This document shows, piece after piece, positions 10,470 through 18,973 of a stretch of DNA of 64,000 nucleotides. The stretch lies in assembly GCA_023229865.1 (NCBI GenBank), contig JALNYL010000001.1, forward strand, positions 23,008 through 87,007. The letters run 5' to 3'. The stretch comes from Minisyncoccota bacterium (GTDB lineage Bacteria; Patescibacteriota; Minisyncoccia; Phycocordibacterales; UBA1550). Each line of letters begins with the position of its first letter. The first letter of the stretch is position 1. Both the position numbers and the translations under genes were made by a program. The notes beneath the pieces are model-generated. The model was not told the DNA's origin. It did no database searches and saw only the letters and a program-made list of their open reading frames with translations.

Positions 10470-10940
10470 ATGGGAACACAAGAAGAAGTAATAAACAGAG
10501 GATTGGGAGAAGTACGAAGATATGGAGTCGTAGTGCTTCTTGCACTTCTTCTCTTGAATGGTGTCGTCTTGTGGGCACTCCACTGGGTAGAGAGCAATGA
10601 CCTTCGCACCGAACTCAGCAATTACGCTGCGACGCTCCCCGTCCCTGACATTACCAAGCCAGAACAAACTATAAATCTCCCCGAAGATATCATCGCGCTC
10701 CGAACACAGGGAGAAACTCGTGTTGGTTTTTACGAAACATCTATTGGTGACCAAGATTTTCTTGTTTACTCTGATCCCAACAAGCACTACGTTCTCATGA
10801 AGTCAGAATCAGGGATTCAGCGCGAGACGCGAAGTTTTGCATTTGCTCTCGCAGGGCTCTACCTTGGTGAACTCGTTTTCCTCCTGGGTTGGTGGTTCTT
10901 TATCCGCACAAAAGTTCGCGAAATGTTTGAAGCAATATAA
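10470..10940 (+). CDS. Membrane protein, N- and C-terminal TM helices (hypothetical)
   Basis: ORF with TM at 18-40 and C-terminal LAGLYLGELVFLLGWWFFI. Confidence 0.5.
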   Translation: MGTQEEVINRGLGEVRRYGVVVLLALLLLNGVVLWALHWVESNDLRTELSNYAATLPVPDITKPEQTINLPEDIIALRTQGETRVGFYETSIGDQDFLVYSDPNKHYVLMKSESGIQRETRSFAFALAGLYLGELVFLLGWWFFIRTKVREMFEAI

Positions 10941-10942
10941 TC

Positions 10943-11482
10943 ATGATTTCCTTTCTTTCAAAAAATATTCAGAAATTTCTCGTATTCTTTTTTACGGCTA
11001 TTTCGCTTATTTTGGTTGTGATGGGCGTCTCTCGCATCAAGAAGCCAGTAGTGACCGCTGAGGTGCCACAGCCTGCACCGCAGGCCCCCGTAGACACTCA
11101 GGGAGCGACCACAATCGCAGGAGATAACTACCAAACTCCATGGGGTAGCGCACTTGCTTCGGTGACCGTAAAAGACGGAAAAGTGATCGCCGTTAAAATG
11201 CCTTCTATCCCACCCTCTCCTCCTTCTGTGTACGCAGAGCCATTCCTTGTAGACCAAGCTCTCAAGGCGGGCGGTGCCAATATCCAGGGTGTTTCAGGGG
11301 CGACCTACACAAGCCTCGCTTTCAAATCGTCTCTTGAAAGTGCTATCGCAAAAGCAGCAGCCCAGGGGCAAACCATCACCCCCAATACAACTACTAGTGC
11401 CCAAACAGCAGGAGCAGTAAAACCTTCTGTTCCCCGCCAATACCGTGATGATGACGAAGGAGAGAATGAGTGGGATGATTAA
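10943..11482 (+). CDS. Membrane-anchored FMN-binding-domain protein (RnfG/NqrC-type FMN_bind), acidic C-tail
   Basis: N-terminal TM. FMN_bind signature ANIQGVSGATYTSLAFKSSLESAI (flavinylation site S-G-A-T). C-terminal RQYRDDDEGENEWDD. Confidence 0.75.
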   Translation: MISFLSKNIQKFLVFFFTAISLILVVMGVSRIKKPVVTAEVPQPAPQAPVDTQGATTIAGDNYQTPWGSALASVTVKDGKVIAVKMPSIPPSPPSVYAEPFLVDQALKAGGANIQGVSGATYTSLAFKSSLESAIAKAAAQGQTITPNTTTSAQTAGAVKPSVPRQYRDDDEGENEWDD

Positions 11483-11559
11483 TGGTGTGAAAGATTTTAG
11501 GACTTCTGCCGTCTTCAATATGGTAAGCCTTTAAAATCTTAATTAATTCAAATTTAACA

Positions 11560-12573
11560 ATGGCATCTTTCCAAAAAAACTTACAGAAATTCTTCGTATA
11601 TTTTTTCACGGGTATTTCTGTGATTATTGTAGTGCTCGGTATTCAGCGTGTTAAACATAGCGACACGCTCGGCACAACCGCGGCTCCTGACGAAGGAGAG
11701 ACTGGGAAGATAGCAAATGGAACAACTCCTTCAAAAACAAGAGTCGCTGGCGCACAAGAGACAATAAGCGCAAACGGCAAAACATTTCAAACCCCTTGGG
11801 GCAATCTCTCGACGCTCATTAAGGTACAAAATGGCAAAATTGTTTCAGTGGAGATCCCTCAGCTCCCCGACTCTCCTCCTTCTCTCGAAGCAAAGAATTA
11901 TCTCATCGATCAGGTTTTGCGTAGTGGAGATGCAAACATTCAGGGTGTTTCAGGAGCGACGATTACAAGCCGCGCATTTAAAGCATCTCTCGAAAGTGCT
12001 TTGGCTCTCGCTGCAACTCAAGGAGGAACAACGACGACAAACACTGCAGCCGCAACTACCGCCACTACCGCAACAAACACAGGAGCTTCAACTCCTGCAC
12101 CAGCTGCAGCAACAACAGTAGCGCAAACAACCACTAACACTACGGGAGTATCAGGTACCTTCACCGGTAACGCATACCAGACTCCGTGGGGCAACGCTGT
12201 CGCGTCGGTGACCTTCACAAATGGCAAGATTACTGCCGTCACAATGCCACAGGTTCCAAACTCACCTCCTTCTGTTCAGGCGAAACAATATCTTATTGAC
12301 CAAGCTCTCGCCGCAGGAAGTGCCAACATCCAGGGGGTATCAGGAGCGACCTACGCAAGTATCGCCTTCAAGTCATCTCTCGAAAGTGCTATCTCGAAGG
12401 CAAGCGCTCAGGGAACCGTATCCGCACCAACACCAAGCGCAGTAGGGACAGCTACACAGCAACCCGCAAAGCCATCAATCTCTCGCACATACCGTGACGA
12501 TGACGAGTACGAAGACGAGGGTCACGACGATGAGCGCGATGAATGGGATGACGATGATGAGTGGGACGACTAA
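11560..12573 (+). CDS. Membrane-anchored protein with two tandem FMN-binding domains (PplA-like), acidic C-tail
   Basis: Two copies of QTPWGN...ANIQGVSGAT(I/Y)(T/A)S...KSSLESA separated by T/A-rich linker. C-terminal RTYRDDDEYEDEGHDDERDEWDDDDEWDD. Confidence 0.75.
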   Translation: MASFQKNLQKFFVYFFTGISVIIVVLGIQRVKHSDTLGTTAAPDEGETGKIANGTTPSKTRVAGAQETISANGKTFQTPWGNLSTLIKVQNGKIVSVEIPQLPDSPPSLEAKNYLIDQVLRSGDANIQGVSGATITSRAFKASLESALALAATQGGTTTTNTAAATTATTATNTGASTPAPAAATTVAQTTTNTTGVSGTFTGNAYQTPWGNAVASVTFTNGKITAVTMPQVPNSPPSVQAKQYLIDQALAAGSANIQGVSGATYASIAFKSSLESAISKASAQGTVSAPTPSAVGTATQQPAKPSISRTYRDDDEYEDEGHDDERDEWDDDDEWDD

Positions 12574-12579
12574 TTACGT

Positions 12580-13503
12580 ATGACAGAACATCGCGTGTTT
12601 CATTCAATGGGGATTCCCGTCCATATCACTATGGTCGGGTTTTCCGCTCAAGACGCCAACCAAGCAACACAAAAAGCGGAAACAATATTTAAAGAATATG
12701 ACTTGCGCTTCAGTCGCTTCAAACCAGAGAGCGAACTCATGGGACTCAATACTAGTAATGGCGCATGGCACAAGGTTTCTGTTGACCTCTTTCGTGTGAT
12801 CAAACGTTGCGTAGCGCTCGCTGCGGAGACTGACGGAGCATTTGACCCATCAGTGGGCGGTGTCCTTGCCTCTTATGGCTACGGACTTCCTGAGCACTTC
12901 GTCCTTCGTGAGCCGATCGCCACATATCGCGACCTTGCGTTTAATGATCGCGAACTCCTCATCCGCCTCGAGCCAGGACAGATCCTTGAGCCTGCTTGCG
13001 TAGTAAAAGGTATGGCGATCGATGTCGCAGGAAAAGCTGTTTTGGAAATGACCGATATCAAGAAGCAGGGGTTTATGATAAATGCAGGGGGAGATATTTT
13101 TACCGCAGGAATTTTTGAAAACAACACTCCCTGGAACATCGCCGTACAGTCACCAGAAAATCCAAACGCGATTGTCGCTGCGGTCGCTCTCCAAAATAGA
13201 GGTATGGCGACATCAGGGACATATCAGACCGGCGGAGAGCACAAAGGGAAGAAGTGGCAACACCTCGTAAATATGAAGTCCCCAGAGAGTGCCCCAGAAA
13301 TCACGAGTGCAACGGTCGTTGCAACGACTTGCGAACAAGCCGATACTGAAGCATCCCTTGCGATACTTTTGTCAAAGACTGATGCTATTGCTCGTCTTGA
13401 ACGTAGTGGACTTCCCTACTTTCTCATCGACAACAAAGGGATGGTACACAAAAATGCAGCGTTTGCAGCGCTCGAAGTTCCTATCGAAAGTGTGATGGAG
13501 TAA
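12580..13503 (+). CDS. apbE: FAD:protein FMN transferase (ApbE family)
   Basis: ApbE family fold motifs (DLRFSRFKPESEL, GAFDPSVGG, INAGGDIF, ATSGTYQ). Confidence 0.85.
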   Translation: MTEHRVFHSMGIPVHITMVGFSAQDANQATQKAETIFKEYDLRFSRFKPESELMGLNTSNGAWHKVSVDLFRVIKRCVALAAETDGAFDPSVGGVLASYGYGLPEHFVLREPIATYRDLAFNDRELLIRLEPGQILEPACVVKGMAIDVAGKAVLEMTDIKKQGFMINAGGDIFTAGIFENNTPWNIAVQSPENPNAIVAAVALQNRGMATSGTYQTGGEHKGKKWQHLVNMKSPESAPEITSATVVATTCEQADTEASLAILLSKTDAIARLERSGLPYFLIDNKGMVHKNAAFAALEVPIESVME

Positions 13504-13505
13504 AA

Positions 13506-13537
13506 AGAAAAAACCGCTCGATGTCGAGCGGTTTTTA
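13506..13537. terminator. Bidirectional terminator
   Basis: aaaaaaccgctcgatgtcgagcggttttt. Confidence 0.65.
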
Positions 13538-13554
13538 GTTTGAAGCAGTGAGGC

Positions 13555-13726
13555 TTACGGGTCCATTTCTTTGAACTCCTTTTTCGCTTCATCGGGATAT
13601 TGGGCACGGACACCGTCGCGGACAGCTGCCAGTGCGGCACGCAGTGCGCAAATGAAATCACCTCCATAACCCAAGATACCGATGATGAGACTTCGCAAAA
13701 CACCCTTACGGTTGCGGATTCCCATG
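13555..13726 (-). CDS. Small hypothetical protein (57 aa), below ORF-track cutoff
   Basis: Strong RBS GGAGGAGG 5 nt upstream of ATG 13726. MGIRNRKGVLRSLIIGILGYGGDFICALRAALAAVRDGVRAQYPDEAKKEFKEMDP. Convergent with apbE, sharing the terminator. Confidence 0.35.
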
Positions 13727-13842
13727 ACTTCCTCCTCCTTGTAATGTACCTAAAGGCAATATGACACAGACTCGAAAATTTTGCAAATATCCTTGATATT
13801 ACTGCCTTTGCGAAGGGCGGTCCTTCGCAAGACCCTAATTCA

Positions 13843-14103
13843 CTACTTCTTTTCAGGGGCGCGAACGATGTACATCGTTACCACAACCACAATCGCAGTC
13901 AAAATCGTCGCGTATAAAAACTTTGCGAAAATACCGTTTGCGCTCGTAAGCGGGTAGAAATAATCAATGAGTGCTTTGATGGCTTCGTTCCACGCGAGAC
14001 CGACGACGATACCGAGGCCACCCGCGATGTAGGTCATCGAGCGTTCGCGGACTTCGTGCGTTATCTTCTCCCCTTCGGTTTTAAGTTCATTAAGTGGGTC
14101 CAT
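13843..14103 (-). CDS. Small membrane protein (hypothetical)
   Basis: ORF with two TM helices. ATGA overlap with upstream HAD gene stop region. Confidence 0.5.
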   Translation of the reverse strand: MDPLNELKTEGEKITHEVRERSMTYIAGGLGIVVGLAWNEAIKALIDYFYPLTSANGIFAKFLYATILTAIVVVVTMYIVRAPEKK

Positions 14104-14107
14104 AATT

Positions 14108-14830
14108 TTAATTTGTTTCTTTTGTGTTAAGTTTATGAATTACGTCTTTGCGCTCTATGACTGCTTCCCATCCTTCCTTCATTGCATGGTCATAAAGTTT
14201 TTTATTAGGATTGAAACAAATCGGCCGCTCAACGATTTCAAGCATCGAAATATCTCCTTCTGTATCACCAACACCCACTGAGCCTTCGAGTGTGAGACCT
14301 TCTTTCTCACACGCACGACGAACGATATTTGCCTTGAGTGCAATGACTGGCTCGTCGACAATATTTCCCGTGAGAAGACCTTGCTCGTCAGTCTCGTAAA
14401 TCCTCCCGTACGTCTTATCAAAACCAACATCATTACAGAAAAAATCGAGCGTTGTCTTTGGCGACTGCGAGATAGCGAGGAGAAAGTAGCCATCTTTCTT
14501 GAGCTCCTTGATGAGCTCCTCGGTGTATTTGTATGTGCGGTGGCGATATCGAGCCACCACGAGCTCAGAGGCACGCTGGAGCTCTGTGTAGGGCATACCT
14601 TTGATGTTTTGCACAAACACCTTCACGACAGCCATAATATACGACTCATAATCCCCTTTGCGCTCAAGCCACTCAACCTTCTCGTCTTCATAATCCTGGC
14701 GTACCGACAAAGGGAAAAGTCCGAGCTCGATAAGCATTTCTACCAGCTCAATAAGGAGCGACGAGCGGAAAATAGTGCCGTCGATGTCGAAAATAGCGAC
14801 CTTGCGAAGTGTTTTTGTGGATTCAGTCAT
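14108..14830 (-). CDS. HAD-superfamily hydrolase (HAD-IB / phosphoserine-phosphatase-like)
   Basis: Motif I FDIDGT, C-terminal GDTEGD motif. Confidence 0.75.
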   Translation of the reverse strand: MTESTKTLRKVAIFDIDGTIFRSSLLIELVEMLIELGLFPLSVRQDYEDEKVEWLERKGDYESYIMAVVKVFVQNIKGMPYTELQRASELVVARYRHRTYKYTEELIKELKKDGYFLLAISQSPKTTLDFFCNDVGFDKTYGRIYETDEQGLLTGNIVDEPVIALKANIVRRACEKEGLTLEGSVGVGDTEGDISMLEIVERPICFNPNKKLYDHAMKEGWEAVIERKDVIHKLNTKETN

Positions 14831-14862
14831 ACGACCATTGTAGCAGAATTTCTAGCATGACA

Positions 14863-14900
14863 AAAATTAAAACCCGCAGCATTGCGGGTTTTAATTTTTT
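14863..14900. terminator. Bidirectional terminator
   Basis: aaaattaaaacccgcagcattgcgggttttaattttttt. Confidence 0.6.
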
Positions 14901-15278
14901 TTACATCATATCGTCCGAATCAGTATTCTCACGCATAACATCTTCATCACCAGAGTCAGGGAGCTCCTCGTCGGGAGCGTACTCATCGCGTGCGCGGAAT
15001 CGGTCTACAAGCTCAAAATCATGCTCTTCGTCCTGCGTAGCTGCATCATCGTATACGAGTGCGAGGTTTTCGTTTTCAAAACGCTCAAAGAATTCCTCCC
15101 AATCCATTTCCTCCATATTTGAATCATTGGGGTCAAATGAGATATGAAGCATATCAGCACTTTCTTCCCCACTTTCCTCGACAGCCCCTTTAAGAACCGC
15201 AGGGACGCCACCGCGCTCTTCTATCCAACCGCGGATTTCATCGTTATCAATTGTGTATGTTATTGCCATAGTGCTCAT
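14901..15278 (-). CDS. Acidic hypothetical protein
   Basis: ORF, highly acidic C-half (EEMDWEEFFERFENE...). Confidence 0.45.
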   Translation of the reverse strand: MSTMAITYTIDNDEIRGWIEERGGVPAVLKGAVEESGEESADMLHISFDPNDSNMEEMDWEEFFERFENENLALVYDDAATQDEEHDFELVDRFRARDEYAPDEELPDSGDEDVMRENTDSDDMM

Positions 15279-15395
15279 TATAATAGCAAACCATCTATTA
15301 TTTTCAAAGAAGAAAAGGGGTTAACAAAAAAGTAGTAATAAGAGTGCGGTCGCACTTTTATTACTACTATTATTTTTATTCGAGGGGAGAGAAAC

Positions 15396-15428
15396 AAAAA
15401 AACCGCCTTCGTTGCCGAAGGCGGTTTA
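15396..15428 (-). terminator. Terminator
   Basis: aaaaaaaccgccttcgttgccgaaggcggttt. Preceded by a second 17-bp stem hairpin at 15335-15374. Confidence 0.55.
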
Positions 15429-15432
15429 TAAA

Positions 15433-16026
15433 TCAATGAGCAGAATTGCTCACTTCGTGGAATGCAGTAAAGTCGAGCTCGCCAGCCACACCCTCCCTGC
15501 GAAACTCTTCAGTGACAGCATCACAGAGCGCTGAGAAGAACCCTTTTATTGCGCGGATACTTGCCACGGTAGAGCGTTTGCGAGAATTAGGATCAGTCGC
15601 AAAGAGTTCGAGGACTTCACTGATAGACAGGATATCTTCATATGACTCAAGCCCTTTATAAATTTTCGGGTGGCATCGTATGAGGCTATAAAACCAGAGC
15701 GCGGCATCGGAACCGTTCAAGACCTGCACCGTGTGAGGGTTGATGCTGTCGCTCTGTGAATAATACAGATTTTCAACAATATCCCTGCAAAGTGCTGAAG
15801 CTTGAGAAAATACTCCGCAATAATTCGATGGGAGCTTCTTCTTTTTAAGAACAAGTTCGAGTCCTAGAGCGGCCTGGTATGCAATGGCCGCAAATCGTAA
15901 ACATTGATGCTGCAACACAAACGGTTGCATCTTTATGCTCATGATTGCCTCCATTTCAATTGACCTGCCAGGGTGAAAACAACAACATTCTTTTCCAATG
16001 CTACGTGAAAATTCCTCAATAATCAA
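15433..16026 (-). CDS. Hypothetical protein
   Basis: ORF only. Start uncertain (alternative internal Met at 15954). Confidence 0.45.
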   Translation of the reverse strand: MIIEEFSRSIGKECCCFHPGRSIEMEAIMSIKMQPFVLQHQCLRFAAIAYQAALGLELVLKKKKLPSNYCGVFSQASALCRDIVENLYYSQSDSINPHTVQVLNGSDAALWFYSLIRCHPKIYKGLESYEDILSISEVLELFATDPNSRKRSTVASIRAIKGFFSALCDAVTEEFRREGVAGELDFTAFHEVSNSAH

Positions 16027-16043
16027 GGTGTAGACAAAAGAAA

Positions 16044-16074
16044 AAACGCTTCGCCGGGGCCGGCAAAGCGTTTA
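16044..16074 (-). terminator. Terminator
   Basis: aacgcttcgccggggccggcaaagcgtt. Confidence 0.45.
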
Positions 16075-16089
16075 TGAAGGTTGTGTCGG

Positions 16090-16512
16090 TCACTCTTTCG
16101 GCGGAGGGAAAAGTGATTTGATCCCCCAGCGCGAGAAACTCGCCCGCACAACACGATACAAGAAATACAGAGCGATGACGACGTTGCACCAGAGTGCAAC
16201 AGTGACAAACCCTTTGATCATCAGGCCCAGACACGAGAGCGCGAACATTATCAGCCATGCGGCATCAAAGAGTAGCTCGGATGTTTTCGTCTGCGACAAA
16301 GGTCGTTCTTCTCTTTTTACGCGATGTGCCACGGTGTAGAGCCACATCACGAAGCCGAGGAGCATCATTTCGCCATCAAGACTTTTCGTCCCTTCGTAGC
16401 GAAGAGCAACCGCGAGCTCGAAAACAAGAATGACCACAAAGAGCGCAATCAAACTTCCCGCAATAATGATATTGATCAAGTCGCGTTGTTTTCTTTTGGA
16501 ATCGGGGCTCAT
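16090..16512 (-). CDS. Membrane protein, paralog A of tandem pair
   Basis: Basic N-terminus then TM helices. Similar layout and local sequence to upstream paralog. Confidence 0.5.
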   Translation of the reverse strand: MSPDSKRKQRDLINIIIAGSLIALFVVILVFELAVALRYEGTKSLDGEMMLLGFVMWLYTVAHRVKREERPLSQTKTSELLFDAAWLIMFALSCLGLMIKGFVTVALWCNVVIALYFLYRVVRASFSRWGIKSLFPPPKE

Positions 16513-16982
16513 GATGCACCTCTTGTGGGTGGTTCGATTTTGTCAGGACAGTCTGCGTCAGTACGCACTTTTTTCCTACTACGTCGCTCCTGCAAAACAA
16601 CATCGAGGAGCCAGCGAAACAAGATCAGGACATTGGCCCAGAGAACGGGTTGAGGGACTGGTTCCCAAAATGCTCCGAACAGCGAGACAAGAAACAGAGT
16701 AAAACAGATTAATCCATCAAGCTGTCCTAACGGCGTCGAGGGTGAACCACGAGGATTGAGCCCCACCATCATTGACGCCCAGATACTAACGGAAACAAGG
16801 GTCCCCCCAGCAAGCACCGCAACCACCACCGCGACAACCTTGAGGAAGTGCGGTAGGTCAGGCACAATCGCCGCGAGCAACTCGAGAATAAAGAGTACGA
16901 TGATGACGTCGCGGATAATCAGAAACGAGAGACGCTTGTGCAAAGGTATCTTATCCTTTTTAGACGGATATCTGTTTTTCAT
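16509..16982 (-). CDS. Membrane protein, paralog B of tandem pair
   Basis: RBS GGAGGG upstream of ATG 16982. Stop overlaps start of paralog A (ATGA). Confidence 0.5.
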   Translation of the reverse strand: MKNRYPSKKDKIPLHKRLSFLIIRDVIIVLFILELLAAIVPDLPHFLKVVAVVVAVLAGGTLVSVSIWASMMVGLNPRGSPSTPLGQLDGLICFTLFLVSLFGAFWEPVPQPVLWANVLILFRWLLDVVLQERRSRKKVRTDADCPDKIEPPTRGAS

Positions 16983-17084
16983 AACAAACCCTCCTATAGA
17001 TTTAGACGATGATGAGCCCTCAAAATTCAAAGAGCCAACCTTTGTTCATACTGCCTCTTTGAGTATTTTTTGTCAATTTACACA

Positions 17085-17128
17085 AAACCACCCCCGAGAA
17101 TTCAGCGAATTCTCGGGGGTGGTTTTTA
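17085..17128 (-). terminator. Terminator
   Basis: aaaccacccccgagaattcagcgaattctcgggggtggttttt. Confidence 0.6.
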
Positions 17129-17137
17129 TCCTCGTCT

Positions 17138-18124
17138 TTATTTAAACGTCATTACTCCAGCCACTGGGTCGACATCCATGCCGCTTGGAGTCTCTGTTTC
17201 GATTATGAGTTCTCCCCTGCCGGTGAAATGATATTTCGTCGCACCACGAAGCGCACTCGTAAACTCCCCTTCCTTTGAGTCCACGCATGCCATCATGGTC
17301 GAGATCATCCCCGCACCAAAAGTAATTGTGTCGCCTTTGGCCACATACGGCCCGCCAACATTGTTACAATCAGTCGACGCAGAGAAAGCCTGTGGGCCAA
17401 ACGTAACCTCAAAGCGCGCTGAATCAACGGGCTTCACTTCTGCCCCATTGCTGTACGTCGTCTTTATCCAGTGCCATTTCTGCATACCGAGTGACATTCT
17501 CGCAGGGTCAGCCTCGCCAGGGAAATCCTGCTCAACGATACCAAACTGCATTGTCTTGGGGTCGAGGAGGAGCCAATTGCTCTTGCCGAGAGATGGACGT
17601 GTGGTAAAAGGTTCACCCGGATTCCTTACTGCATAATTTACAACAATGACATTTCCATTACCCATATGCATCGTCTGAGGAGCGATGCGGTCACCGAGGA
17701 GAAACGCATCATTTGTCCCTACGTACCCCTTTTCAGTATTGAGCGCAGCCACGACATAGTAGAAAGTTCCGCTTCCACCCGTCTCTTGAGAGATGAGGAA
17801 AGCCACGTCCTCACGACCGTCAGCATTGAAATCATGAAGAACTTCATTACCAAAGTAGCGCGTAATAATCTTTGAAGCTGAGCCTGGGGCTGCTTCCCCT
17901 TCTGCGACACCATCCTTTAGTGTCACGAGCGCACCATTTACTTTGTATGTTGCATCTTTCTCACTCGTGATCATTCCCACAGACTCAACAGTGTTTGCGG
18001 GTGGAAGTACGGTTGCTCCTCTTTTCCAAATATTCTGTGATGGGCAAAAAACAACATAGATACAAAAAATCGCTACCGCGACAGCCCCCAACCCCGCTAA
18101 ACTCCAAATTATTTTCTTATTCAT
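17138..18124 (-). CDS. Secreted protein with C-terminal META/HslJ-like domain
   Basis: Signal peptide/TM MNKKIIWSLAGLGAVAVAIF. C-terminal FSASTDCNNVGGPYVAKGDTITFGAGMISTMMAC. Confidence 0.55.
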   Translation of the reverse strand: MNKKIIWSLAGLGAVAVAIFCIYVVFCPSQNIWKRGATVLPPANTVESVGMITSEKDATYKVNGALVTLKDGVAEGEAAPGSASKIITRYFGNEVLHDFNADGREDVAFLISQETGGSGTFYYVVAALNTEKGYVGTNDAFLLGDRIAPQTMHMGNGNVIVVNYAVRNPGEPFTTRPSLGKSNWLLLDPKTMQFGIVEQDFPGEADPARMSLGMQKWHWIKTTYSNGAEVKPVDSARFEVTFGPQAFSASTDCNNVGGPYVAKGDTITFGAGMISTMMACVDSKEGEFTSALRGATKYHFTGRGELIIETETPSGMDVDPVAGVMTFK

Positions 18125-18156
18125 ATTGAGAATATTATACCGTACGTCAGAACAAA

Positions 18157-18726
18157 CTAAAACACTCTACCGCTTTTCTTGAGCTCTTTGCGGAGTGAGA
18201 GGTAGTTAGGAATTGCTTGTGCAACAAGGTTCCAGAACTTATGTGAATGGTTGAACTCCTTGAGATGGCAGAGCTCGTGCACGATGATGTAATCAGCGAG
18301 CTCGGGGGGCAGGAGGGCTATCCTGTAGTTGAAATTAAGATTGCCTTTGCGTGAGCAGCTTCCCCACCGTGTCTTCTGATTTTTGATATTTATCTTGTTG
18401 TAGCTGAAGTTGTAAAACGTATTGAAATACTCCAAGCGCGCTCGTGCTTGCACGAGCGCGCGCTCCTTGTACTCTGCGTATTCCTTCGAGCTCCCCTTCT
18501 TCACAAATACTGCACCTGAAAAACTTTTGAAGTGCTCGAGCTTCTCAATGATCCACTGCGATTTCTGGAGGATATATTTCTCAATCATTCCCTCCCCGAT
18601 CCCACGTGGCGCCGTCACCACAAAAGCCCCATCGCAATATATTGCGAGTCGTAACCTCTTCGCCCGCGCACGCACCTTGAGCGTATAAGGGACTTTCTGC
18701 TTTTGAAGTTCAATGTGCTTTAGCAC
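18157..18726 (-). CDS. YgjP/DUF45-like M48-type metal-dependent hydrolase
   Basis: Zinc motif HELCHL near C-terminus. N-terminal region typical of DUF45. Confidence 0.7.
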   Translation of the reverse strand: MLKHIELQKQKVPYTLKVRARAKRLRLAIYCDGAFVVTAPRGIGEGMIEKYILQKSQWIIEKLEHFKSFSGAVFVKKGSSKEYAEYKERALVQARARLEYFNTFYNFSYNKINIKNQKTRWGSCSRKGNLNFNYRIALLPPELADYIIVHELCHLKEFNHSHKFWNLVAQAIPNYLSLRKELKKSGRVF

Positions 18727-18735
18727 GGAATTTAT

Positions 18736-18939
18736 TTATAAACCTGACCACTCCTTTTCACATTGCGCACAACGCTGGTTACCAGTATGTTCAAAAATCT
18801 CAGTAAATTTGTTTGGTTGGTATATTTTATCATCCTCATCCCAAAAAAATTCATCATCAATAATTGTCTCCACTAATTTACGCTCACTGCCACAAAATTG
18901 ACACGCATATTTAGGAAATATATTTATTTGATTATCCAT
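18736..18939 (-). CDS. Small zinc-ribbon protein (hypothetical)
   Basis: CQFCG...CAQCE. AT-rich codon usage like the neighbouring islet genes. Confidence 0.4.
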   Translation of the reverse strand: MDNQINIFPKYACQFCGSERKLVETIIDDEFFWDEDDKIYQPNKFTEIFEHTGNQRCAQCEKEWSGL

Positions 18940-18973
18940 ACCTGATCCTTGATCAAATACAAAAGAAAGTCAA

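Noticed and set aside
11831-12242. ORFs 11831..12121 (+) and 12018..12242 (-) in the T/A-rich linker of the two-domain FMN protein
   Set aside because: Low-complexity alternative frames (poly-Q/L and poly-V/A) generated by the ACN-rich linker.
13416-13703. 95-aa minus-strand ORF
   Set aside because: Overlaps the 3' end of apbE and runs through the bidirectional terminator. The out-of-frame 57-aa ORF with a GGAGGAGG RBS is the more plausible minus-strand gene.
14179-14860. ORFs 14179..14616 (-) and 14381..14860 (+) inside the HAD hydrolase gene
   Set aside because: Alternative frames and antisense of a well-supported HAD-family CDS. Ser/Arg-rich low-complexity translations.
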